The notes below the pieces were generated by a model. The model did no database searches. It was not told the DNA's origin and saw nothing but the letters and a program-made list of their open reading frames with translations. A stretch of 33,666 nucleotides of DNA, from IMG/VR virus record IMGVR_UViG_3300045107_000138; one strand, given 5' to 3'. Below, piece by piece: positions 24,546 through 32,552 of this stretch (position 1 is its first letter; every line of letters begins with the position of its first letter). Made by a program: the position numbers and the translations under genes. This DNA comes from a virus.

Positions 24546-24879
24546 CGCGCTTACGTCGCGGCTGCGCGCCGGCGCCGACCTTTTCCAGAATCTGCGCGAC
24601 CTCGGCGCGGGCGGTCTTCACCAGATTGGCGGCCGCGCGGTCGTCGTCTTCCGGCGGGGTGCCCATGCCCTCGCGGTTGCGCAGCATGATGAACTGCTCG
24701 ATCTTCACGGCCACGCCGACCGACTTCGACGCCATGCCCGTCAAGAACCCGCGGTCGCCGCGGTCTTCCTTGCTGTCGAGCCCGCGCGCGTGCGCCGCGT
24801 TCATTTCCTCGATCGCGTGGTCGAGCGCCATGTTCTGCACTTCGCGCAGTTCGTCTTCGCGGTCCTTGTCGAGCGGCAT
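24529..24879 (-). CDS. terS: Terminase small subunit candidate, 116 aa
   Basis: Internal ATG 24879 (MPLDKDREDELREVQNMALDHAIEEM) with GGGAG upstream. Charged helical protein overlapping the terL start by 17 nt. The longer ORF version has a junk-like N-terminus. Confidence 0.5.
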   Translation of the reverse strand: MPLDKDREDELREVQNMALDHAIEEMNAAHARGLDSKEDRGDRGFLTGMASKSVGVAVKIEQFIMLRNREGMGTPPEDDDRAAANLVKTARAEVAQILEKVGAGAQPRRKRGGDDD

Positions 24880-24884
24880 CGCCC

Positions 24885-25202
24885 CTACTCCCAGGCTTTC
24901 CAGTAGACCGAGCGCAGCACCCAAGCGCGGCGCAGCACGGGCCAGCCCAGCGCGCGCCACGCGAGCCCAACCAGCACGGCAGTCACCACGCACATGACCG
25001 CCAGCGCGTAGGCGCCGCGGCCGACGTGCACCCAGACGAACACGGCCGGCAGCAGCACGCCCAGCGCCAGCCACACCAGCAGCACCGCCACGGTCGTGCA
25101 CCAGCGCAGCAGCGGCGACTTGTACGCCATGGCGAGCAGCAGGCAGCCGACCGCCAGGCCGACGAAGACCGTACCGCTTCCCGTGAACCAATCGTCGATC
25201 AC
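24885..25202 (-). CDS. 3-TM membrane protein, 105 aa (T7 gp17.5-like position just before terS)
   Basis: GTG 25202 overlaps the upstream stop (GTGA). Hydrophobic segments: TVFVGLAVGCLLLAMAY, TTVAVLLVWLALGVLLPAVFVWV, YALAVMCVVTAVLVGLAW. Confidence 0.45.
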   Translation of the reverse strand: MIDDWFTGSGTVFVGLAVGCLLLAMAYKSPLLRWCTTVAVLLVWLALGVLLPAVFVWVHVGRGAYALAVMCVVTAVLVGLAWRALGWPVLRRAWVLRSVYWKAWE

Positions 25203-27640
25203 TGTCCCACCGCGTTGCCAAAGTCCGGCGCCCGCTGCGGCAGACCGCCGCCGGGCTCCCACCAGTACGACTGCCCCCAGTCCCGCTGCGCGCGCTGCCG
25301 CATGCGGGACAGGTAGCCCGGCGACAGCGATTCCTGCGCCTCGTGGAAGAAGGCGTGATCCAGCGCGCTGCGGGCGTACCACAGATTCAGCAGCGGCACG
25401 TTCTGCCGCGTGAAGCGCAGGAGCTCGGCGCCCGCCTTGCTGTCCTTGCCCTGCAGTTCCTGCCCGAAGTTGCCGAGTGTGACATCGGCCAGGTCGAACG
25501 CGGTGCCGAACACGGGGCCGGCGATCGACGCCCAGTTCGGCGCGCCGCCGCGATTCTGCCCGCCCATGCCGGTGTAAAGCAGATCGGTGTAAACGCCCAG
25601 CCCGCCACCCTGCACGAACGCGGCCGCCCAGAACTTGCCGTTGTCCATCGGGCGCGGGTCTTTGCCGGCGACCAGATCCTTGGCTTGCAGCGACAGCGCG
25701 CCGAACGCGGTCAGGCTGACCATCAGCGCGGCGCCGTAGGCGTAGCCCTGCCCGGTCTCGCGCTGCATCTCGACCGCGCGGCGCAGGTGGCGGTTAATCA
25801 TCGCCACCGGGAACGACTTGAACAGGAACAGCGACCGCAGGAACTCGCCCTCGGCGGTGCCGCGCTGGGTGCCCAGTTCCTTCTGGGTGCGCGTCAGCAG
25901 GTCGGGATTGACGACCGCGAACTCGCTCTCGTCGATGAAGTGGCCGAGCAGCCGCGACGCCAGGCGGTCGGCCTGCGCCGGCTCGATGCCGTCGATGGCG
26001 CGCACCGCTGCGGGCGTCAGCATTGGCACGCCGCGCACGTCCTCGGGCTGCGCCTGGCGCAGCACCGCCCAGTCGGCCGCCGTAAAGCCGCGGCGCTCGA
26101 GCGTGTAGCGGTCGAACTTGGACAGCTGCCCCCAGTCCTTGGCGATCAACTTGCCGTAGGTGGCCGACATCTGCACCGCAAAGCCCTGGCGCAGCGCGTC
26201 GGTCCATGCCTGCATCAGACCCAGCTTCTGGGTCGCGTTCGCCAGCATGCCGGTCCAGTTGTGGCCGACGTTGCTCTCGGCCCACAGGGTCATGCGGCCG
26301 ACCACCGAGTCGGCCACCAGCCCGACCCGGTTCGCGGCGTCCTTGGCGTCGCCGCCGAACTGGCGCATGACGGTGCCGAACGTCGCCAGTTCGGGCATCT
26401 GGTTCAGCCGGGCGGTCAGTGCCAGCGTGCCGATGTCCGAGAACGAGGAAAGCAGGTTGCCCTGCAGCTTGGTGGCGACCGTGTAGTTGCGCACGTGCTG
26501 CATCACGTCGGCCAGCTTGGGGTCGTAGGCGGATTCGGTGTACCCGCTCAGCGACTTCCACACCTGTTCGGCGCTCACCCGCGTGATGCCGGCGAACACC
26601 CGCTTGTGGCTGCCGTCGGCCTTGTAGGCAGCATCGTCGAGCCGGCGGAACTCGAGCTCGGCGTTCGGCCCAAACTCCTCGACCAGCGCGATGTCGCGCG
26701 CCATGCCGCGCACATGCGCCTGCAGCGCCGAGAACGTGCCGCCGCGGCCAAAGTCGGCCATATAGGCGAGATACGCGTCGGCGTCCTTGAAGTGGATCAC
26801 CCGCGACTCGCTGCCGCGGTTGGCGCGCATGCCCGACCCGCGGAACTGGCCGGGCTCGACCTTGTTCAGCCCGTCGCTGCTGATCGTGTCATAGGCGCCG
26901 GCCAGCAGTTCGCGCACCTCGGCGTCGGCCATGGCGTTGCCGTCGGGCCGCAGGTAGCGGCGGCGGTCGACCAGCGGCAGGATCGCGTCGACCCATGCGT
27001 CCTTGCCCGCCTTGAGCACCCGCTCGGTGTCGTGAATCTGCGGCATGTAGCCGTAGGCCAGTTTCCCCACGTCGCCGCCGGCGCGGTTGAACCGCTGGCG
27101 CATCGCCTCGATGGTGTCGAGCCAAGCGCGCGCCCCCTTCTTGGCGATCTCGTTCCCCGTGGAACCATCGGCGCCGCCGAAGACCTCGCGCGCGAAGTCG
27201 CGCACCGCTGCGGCGTCCTCGATCAGCCCGAACCAGCGCGGTTCAGACGCGGCAATGGTGTCCATCAGGCGACCGAAGTAGTCGAACTGCACGCCCTTGG
27301 CGTACACGTCGGCCTCCTCGAGGCGCCGCACCACGGCAGCCGCGTGGCTCTTGACCTTGGGCCGGATCGCGGCGATGCGCTGGTCGTTGCGCGCGGCCGC
27401 GATGATCTTGAGCACGTCGCGCTGCGCGGCCTTGTTGCGCTCGGCCACCACCGCCTCGGCCGCGGCCTTGGCTGCCTCGGTCATGCGGTCGGCCAGCGAC
27501 AGCCCCTGCCACTGGTCGAGCAGGCGCTGCGGCGGGTGCCGCATGTAGTAGCCGATCGATGCCTCAATGTCCCGAAGCTCGGCCTCGCTCAGCTGCCGGC
27601 CGGCGGCCTGAATCGCGGCTTGTGCGCACGCTGCCCGCAT
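25199..27640 (-). CDS. Internal virion / ejection protein (second half of the gp16 slot), 813 aa
   Basis: Large ORF with real-looking composition and good GC3. Synteny with T7 gp14-gp16. Hydrophobic segment near the C-terminus (YGAALMVSLTAFGALSL). Confidence 0.55.
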   Translation of the reverse strand: MRAACAQAAIQAAGRQLSEAELRDIEASIGYYMRHPPQRLLDQWQGLSLADRMTEAAKAAAEAVVAERNKAAQRDVLKIIAAARNDQRIAAIRPKVKSHAAAVVRRLEEADVYAKGVQFDYFGRLMDTIAASEPRWFGLIEDAAAVRDFAREVFGGADGSTGNEIAKKGARAWLDTIEAMRQRFNRAGGDVGKLAYGYMPQIHDTERVLKAGKDAWVDAILPLVDRRRYLRPDGNAMADAEVRELLAGAYDTISSDGLNKVEPGQFRGSGMRANRGSESRVIHFKDADAYLAYMADFGRGGTFSALQAHVRGMARDIALVEEFGPNAELEFRRLDDAAYKADGSHKRVFAGITRVSAEQVWKSLSGYTESAYDPKLADVMQHVRNYTVATKLQGNLLSSFSDIGTLALTARLNQMPELATFGTVMRQFGGDAKDAANRVGLVADSVVGRMTLWAESNVGHNWTGMLANATQKLGLMQAWTDALRQGFAVQMSATYGKLIAKDWGQLSKFDRYTLERRGFTAADWAVLRQAQPEDVRGVPMLTPAAVRAIDGIEPAQADRLASRLLGHFIDESEFAVVNPDLLTRTQKELGTQRGTAEGEFLRSLFLFKSFPVAMINRHLRRAVEMQRETGQGYAYGAALMVSLTAFGALSLQAKDLVAGKDPRPMDNGKFWAAAFVQGGGLGVYTDLLYTGMGGQNRGGAPNWASIAGPVFGTAFDLADVTLGNFGQELQGKDSKAGAELLRFTRQNVPLLNLWYARSALDHAFFHEAQESLSPGYLSRMRQRAQRDWGQSYWWEPGGGLPQRAPDFGNAVGQ

Positions 27641-29410
27641 CTACGCCCCCAGGAAACAGCGCACGGCCGCGCCGAACGCTTGGCTGTCGTTCTGCGCCTG
27701 GCGCAGGTCGACCTCGATGCGCGCCAGCACGTCGGCCGCGCGCACTTCCGCGCCGTCGTCCAGCCGGATGGTCAGGTCGGGGACGCGGGCGGCGGCGTCG
27801 CGGGCGGCTGCGAGTTCGGGGATGGCGGCGTCGGGGCTTGCCGCGCGTCCTTCGCCGCCTGCACCAGCGCCTGCACCCGGCTGGTCGGTCGCTGCTTGTC
27901 GGGCATCTGTCTCTCCTACGATCTCGCGGATGCCGGCCATGAAGGCGGCATCGTCGTCAGCGTACTGGATCGCCAGGCGCTCGACCCGGCCCTCGTCAAT
28001 GGCGGCGGCACGCGCCACCAGCTGGGCGTCGACTGCATCGGCCACGCCCAGCCCGTTGCCCATCATCGCCCGCGACAGCGCCGGATCCTGCGTTGCGGCG
28101 TCCATGCGGTTCACGTAGTCGATCATCCACTCGACCGTGCGCCGCTCGTTGGCGGTCAGCTTGGCGCGCGCCAGGTACTTATCGACCGCCGCGGCGATCT
28201 GCTTCTCGGAGCTCAGCCCCTTGCCCTCGAGCGCCCGGCGCATTTCCATGAACCAGTCGGCGCCGACCCACTGGGTACGCCCGGCGACATCGCTCAGCTG
28301 GTCGGTGCCGTCGACGCGCAGCAGCTGGCCGCCGCGCTCGGCCCAGCCGGCATCCTCGGCCAGGCCGCGCAGCACGCTGGCGTTGCCCGCATCGTCGCGG
28401 AAGTTCTCGAACGTGGTCGGCCGCGGGGCCGCCGGCGCCGGGTCGGGGAAGTCTTCGACCGCCTCGCGCACCGCCGCCAGCATGTCGGGCCGCGCCCGGA
28501 CCTCGGCGGCATCGAACGCCGCCGCGACCTCGGGCGGCACGGCCACGCGCTCGCCGCGCGCCATCTGGCCGACCGCGGTCTCGATCGCGCGCTGGTGCGC
28601 CACGCTCTCGTCGACCGTCTGCGGCATGCGGGGCGCGCTGTCCTGCTGGAACCGCCGCGCATTGGCGGCCACGCGGGCAGCGTCGCCCGCCTCGGCGCGG
28701 GCAGCCAGGTGCGCCACGCCGCCGAACACGCCGCCGGTCACGATGTCGAGTACTCGGGCCTCGACGTTCAGCGGGTCGAACCGCTCGGCCTGCTGCCGGG
28801 CGCCGGCGCGCTCGAGGATCGCTTGGCTGGCGGCATCGGCCGGGATGTTCGTTGCTAGGTTGCCGGCCGCGCCGCCGGCCACGCGCTCGAACACGTTGCG
28901 GCCGATGAAGGGAATGCGGAAGCCCACCGCCGTGGCGGCCGCCTGCACCGTGCCAACCGCCGCGGCCGCCATGGGATCGACACCTTCGCGCGCCAGGTCG
29001 GTGGCGCTGCCCAGCCCCTGCGCGCCCAGCAGCAGCGCCGGGTTGCCACCGCCGGCGGCCAGCGGCGCCACGATCTCGGCCAGCCCGCCAAGCAGCCGGC
29101 CGGCGGTGCCGACTTCCTCGGGCTTGGGCGTCCAGTAGTCGACGGCGTTCTGCAGCACGCTGTCGAAGTCGCGGAAGTAGCTATCGCGGAACTGGGTGCC
29201 GGTGCCGAAGGCGTTGTCGAGCAGCGTCGGGATGACCGCGCCGGCCATGCCCACCGCCTGGCCGACGCGCGCCGCGCCGCGCATCACGCCCATGCCGAAG
29301 CCGTAGGCGGCCCGGTAGCCGAACGTCGGCTCGACCTGATCCAGTCGAACCGCGTCGCTGTCGGCCACCGCCATGGCGGCGCCGCGCTGGTCGAGATCGA
29401 AGACACTCAT
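27641..29410 (-). CDS. Internal virion / ejection protein (first half of the gp16 slot), 589 aa
   Basis: ATG 29410 (MSVFDLDQRG) overlaps the upstream stop (ATGA). Gly/Ala-rich hydrophobic N-terminal third. The upstream ORF extension is junk-like. Confidence 0.55.
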   Translation of the reverse strand: MSVFDLDQRGAAMAVADSDAVRLDQVEPTFGYRAAYGFGMGVMRGAARVGQAVGMAGAVIPTLLDNAFGTGTQFRDSYFRDFDSVLQNAVDYWTPKPEEVGTAGRLLGGLAEIVAPLAAGGGNPALLLGAQGLGSATDLAREGVDPMAAAAVGTVQAAATAVGFRIPFIGRNVFERVAGGAAGNLATNIPADAASQAILERAGARQQAERFDPLNVEARVLDIVTGGVFGGVAHLAARAEAGDAARVAANARRFQQDSAPRMPQTVDESVAHQRAIETAVGQMARGERVAVPPEVAAAFDAAEVRARPDMLAAVREAVEDFPDPAPAAPRPTTFENFRDDAGNASVLRGLAEDAGWAERGGQLLRVDGTDQLSDVAGRTQWVGADWFMEMRRALEGKGLSSEKQIAAAVDKYLARAKLTANERRTVEWMIDYVNRMDAATQDPALSRAMMGNGLGVADAVDAQLVARAAAIDEGRVERLAIQYADDDAAFMAGIREIVGETDARQAATDQPGAGAGAGGEGRAASPDAAIPELAAARDAAARVPDLTIRLDDGAEVRAADVLARIEVDLRQAQNDSQAFGAAVRCFLGA

Positions 29411-31569
29411 CGCGGGATCGGCGCGCGGCTGACCGGCAGCCCGGCGGCGTCCCGCATCGGCTCGCCGGGACCGGCCACGCGAATGGTGATCGGCTGGTTC
29501 TGGGCGTCGAGAACCAGCGCGCGGCCCTGCGTGACCATGTAGGTGTCGCCTGTCACCTGGCGCAGCCCCAGCTGCGGCCAGCGGTCGACCAGCGCCGCCG
29601 GCATCTTGCGGGCGGCCACCGCCTCGGCGAACGCCTGGCGCGCGCGCAGCTCGAACTCGCTGGCGCCCATGCCCCACGGCGCGAACACGGTCGACCCGTT
29701 GCGCTCGACCGGCTCGCCCAGCGTGGCGACCAGCGCCTCGCGCACCAGCTTGGTGTCCACGTCCTTGCTGTCGCGGTTCAGCCGGCCGGTCTCGGCCGCC
29801 TTGCCGACGTAGTAGGCAAGCGCCGCCTGCTGGGCCACCTGCAGCGCCTGCGGCCGATCGGCGAACGCCGCGCCCACGTAGCGCACCAGTTCGCCGTTGA
29901 ACGTGGCCGAGTCGGGCAGGTACAGGTTGGCGCGGGGCTTGCCGTCCTGCGCCTTGTCGCCCGCCCCGGCGTTGATGATCGCCTCGCCGCGCAGCAGGGT
30001 CGCGCTGATGTCGCCGGCGCTGCGCACCACGTTGCTGCTGATCCAGTTGTGTTCGGTGGTGATCTGCGCCGTGCGGTCGCCGATGATGCCGGCCAGCGCC
30101 TTCACCGGGCTGTCGGGCGCGATCTGCCGCATGATGGCCTGATAGACCCGGGAGTCGCCGCCCGCCAGGGTGCGCACCGTCGAGAAGATCGCCGCCTGAT
30201 CGCGCGGGCTGGCATTGTTGAGCGTGGTCGCCAGCGCCTTGGCCTCGGCCTGCTTGAGCACCTGCAGCGGCACGGCGTCGCCGTACTGCCGGCGCAGCCC
30301 GTCGACCGTCGAAACGCGGTCGACGATGATCTGGCGAAGCTCGCCCAGCCCGTCGGGCTGCATGATGCGGCTGATGTCCAGCGGCGCGGTCTCGACCCCG
30401 GCGCGCTGCGCGGCAAACTGCAGCGGGTCGGTCTGCAGCGTGCGCACGTTGCGGTTCACGGCCTCGGCCAGGCGCTGCACGTTGGCGGCCTCGGCCGATC
30501 CCAGCCCGACGCCGCGCTGCGCGAGCTCGGCCTGCCGCTCCTGCACGTAGGCGACCTGCTCGGCCACCGGCTTGCGCAGCATGGTCTGGATGTCGCGCTC
30601 GCTCTGCACCAGTCCAGCGAACTCGCCGGCCACCGACGTGCCGGCGGTCAGCCGCTGCAGTTCGCTCCAGCCCTCGGCGCTCAGCGGCACGCCGCTCGCC
30701 AGCTGGCGCTGCGCCTGCGCGATCGCGCGCTCGGCCTTGGCCTCGCGGCGGTCGGCCTCGATCTGCGCGCGCTGGATCAGCCGGGCGCGGCGGTCGTCGA
30801 TCTGGTTCAGCAGCACCGCCTTGCGCTGCGGGTCCATCGCCGCGAACTCGGGGTTGTCCTTCAGCTGCTTCTCGGCGTCGGTCAGCTGGTCGACCGTGCT
30901 CGCACTGTTCGCCAGGTTGTAGCCGCGCGTGTACGTGACGCCTTCCTCGAACTTCTGCGCCAGCCCCTGCTGCTCGGCCGGGCTGAACCCGGCGAACCCA
31001 CCCAGCCCGCTGATCGCGTCAAGCGCAGCCTTGCGGGCGCCCGGGTTGCCGGCCACCGCCTCGCGCTGCTGAACCTCGAGGAACGACAGCAGGCCGCTGC
31101 GGTTGTCGGCGATGTCGCGATCACGCACCGACTTGCGCACCGCCGCCTCGGGGAACGCCATCGCCTCGGCGACGCCCTTCTCGAACAGCGGGCGCATGCT
31201 CGTGGGCACGGCCTCGGTGCGCGCCTGCAGCACCTGCCCGCGGCGCTGCTCCCAGACCTCGGGCGCCTTGGTCTTGTCGATCGTGCCGGTGCGCACGCCG
31301 TCGGCGACTTCCTCGGCGGCGACGCGCAGTTCCTCGCGCGTGCGCGCCAGTTCGCTGGCCGTGGCGATCTTGTCGGCGGCATCCTGCTGGAGCCGGCGCT
31401 CGCGCTCGGCCTGCTGGTCTCTCTGAATCTGGCGCAGTGCGGCCTGCTGGCCGATCTCGCCCAGGTCGCCGATCGCCTCGGCCGCGGCGTTGGGCACGCT
31501 GCCGACGCGCGGCATGGGCGCCGGCTGCGCGACCAGCCCGCCGAAGTTGCCGAGGTTGATCTGTGCCAT
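29407..31569 (-). CDS. Internal virion protein (T7 gp15 slot), 720 aa
   Basis: Size (720 aa against about 747 in T7 gp15), long helical/coiled-coil composition, and synteny. Confidence 0.55.
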   Translation of the reverse strand: MAQINLGNFGGLVAQPAPMPRVGSVPNAAAEAIGDLGEIGQQAALRQIQRDQQAERERRLQQDAADKIATASELARTREELRVAAEEVADGVRTGTIDKTKAPEVWEQRRGQVLQARTEAVPTSMRPLFEKGVAEAMAFPEAAVRKSVRDRDIADNRSGLLSFLEVQQREAVAGNPGARKAALDAISGLGGFAGFSPAEQQGLAQKFEEGVTYTRGYNLANSASTVDQLTDAEKQLKDNPEFAAMDPQRKAVLLNQIDDRRARLIQRAQIEADRREAKAERAIAQAQRQLASGVPLSAEGWSELQRLTAGTSVAGEFAGLVQSERDIQTMLRKPVAEQVAYVQERQAELAQRGVGLGSAEAANVQRLAEAVNRNVRTLQTDPLQFAAQRAGVETAPLDISRIMQPDGLGELRQIIVDRVSTVDGLRRQYGDAVPLQVLKQAEAKALATTLNNASPRDQAAIFSTVRTLAGGDSRVYQAIMRQIAPDSPVKALAGIIGDRTAQITTEHNWISSNVVRSAGDISATLLRGEAIINAGAGDKAQDGKPRANLYLPDSATFNGELVRYVGAAFADRPQALQVAQQAALAYYVGKAAETGRLNRDSKDVDTKLVREALVATLGEPVERNGSTVFAPWGMGASEFELRARQAFAEAVAARKMPAALVDRWPQLGLRQVTGDTYMVTQGRALVLDAQNQPITIRVAGPGEPMRDAAGLPVSRAPIPR

Positions 31570-31578
31570 GGCCCGCCC

Positions 31579-32103
31579 TTAGAAAATCTGCCGGCCGCCC
31601 GACGTGATGCCCGCGCCGGTGCTGTCGTTGCCGACGATGTTGCCGCTGCTGCCGGCGGTGTACGCACTGGCCGCCGCGCGGAACAGCGACACGCCCGCCT
31701 GCAGGTTGCCGCGCCGCCGCGCCTGGCGCGACATGGCTCGCTGGAACGCGGCCTCCTGCTCGTAGCCACGGCCGCGCGCCTCGCCCTGCAGAATCTGGGT
31801 CAAGGCGTCCTGCTCGCCGCGCGCCGCGATGTCTTGATCGATGGTGATGGGCGTGCCGGCTCCGGTGTCGACGCCGCCGGCGGCAAACGCCGCGCGAGCC
31901 GACGCCCGCGCGCGCCCGGCTTCCTCGCGGGTCTCGGCCGCAGCTGCTCGCGCCGCGCTGCGCGATTCCTCGGCCTGCACGTCGGCCAGCTGCGCCTGAT
32001 AGTTGCGATTCGCCGCTTCCTGCCGGCCCTGCTCGTAAGACGAATACGCCTGCGCCGCAGCCGAGGCCGCCAGCACGTACATCGCCATCGCCGATACACA
32101 CAT
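31579..32103 (-). CDS. Internal virion protein (T7 gp14 slot), 174 aa
   Basis: ATG 32103 (MCVSAMAMYVLAASAAAQAY). N-terminal hydrophobic helix then Ala/Arg/Glu-rich helix. Size close to gp14. Confidence 0.5.
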   Translation of the reverse strand: MCVSAMAMYVLAASAAAQAYSSYEQGRQEAANRNYQAQLADVQAEESRSAARAAAAETREEAGRARASARAAFAAGGVDTGAGTPITIDQDIAARGEQDALTQILQGEARGRGYEQEAAFQRAMSRQARRRGNLQAGVSLFRAAASAYTAGSSGNIVGNDSTGAGITSGGRQIF

Positions 32104-32105
32104 GG

Positions 32106-32552
32106 TCACGCCCCCATCGAATAGACGCCCCCGCGCTGGGTGAAGCCCAGGTGGGTCATGAACTTGCCGAACCGCTCGGGGTCGACGCCGACGCTGCTCG
32201 AGAACACGACCTCGCGGCAACCCATGCGCATGGCCGCATCGGTCGCGGTCTGCACCAGCTTGATCGCTGCCGGCCCGCCTCGCGCGCCCGGCGATACGAA
32301 CAGCGCCAGGTCGCTGGCGACCAGTTGCGACGAGAAGAAGTAAGGCGTGACGATCAGCGCCACGCCGCCCACGATCTCGCCCTGGCGCTCGGCAACCAGC
32401 ACGATCCCCAGCCGCATGGCCGCGCCCAGCGCCTCGGCCACCCGGCCGGGCTCGAACGGCACGTCGCGATAGCGCCCCTCGCCGTGCATCTGCAGGCCGA
32501 GCGCGACCAGCGCGGGGATGTCGACCGGCGTCGCTGCGCGCACCTTAGCCAT
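32106..32552 (-). CDS. GNAT-family N-acetyltransferase, 148 aa, in the T7 gp13 slot
   Basis: IPALVALGLQMHGEG...IVLVAERQGEIVGGVALIV...LALFVSPGARGGPAAIKLVQ...FMTHLGFTQRG shows the GNAT beta4-alpha3 R-x-x-G-x-A acetyl-CoA loop and overall layout. Confidence 0.7.
   Translation of the reverse strand: MAKVRAATPVDIPALVALGLQMHGEGRYRDVPFEPGRVAEALGAAMRLGIVLVAERQGEIVGGVALIVTPYFFSSQLVASDLALFVSPGARGGPAAIKLVQTATDAAMRMGCREVVFSSSVGVDPERFGKFMTHLGFTQRGGVYSMGA

Noticed and set aside
24529-25221. 230-aa version of the terS-region ORF, and the 165-aa version of 24885..25382
   Set aside because: The N-terminal extensions are Arg/Gly/Ala junk overlapping the 813-aa gene's 3' end. Internal starts (ATG 24879 with an SD, GTG 25202 with a GTGA overlap) give compact, protein-like products.
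25343-28858. 1171-aa plus-strand ORF, the longest in the track
   Set aside because: It lies antisense to two minus-strand virion genes. The composition is extreme Arg/Ala/Gly/His/Pro junk with no motifs. Such stop-free antisense frames are expected in very GC-rich DNA. The minus-strand frames have the GC3 bias and protein-like sequence.
30049-32124. 691-aa plus-strand ORF; the same applies to 7605..9377 (+), 20676..22415 (+), 4492..5976 (+) and 13247..14239 (-)
   Set aside because: All are antisense or off-frame shadows of better-supported genes. All have junk-like composition and poor third-position bias.
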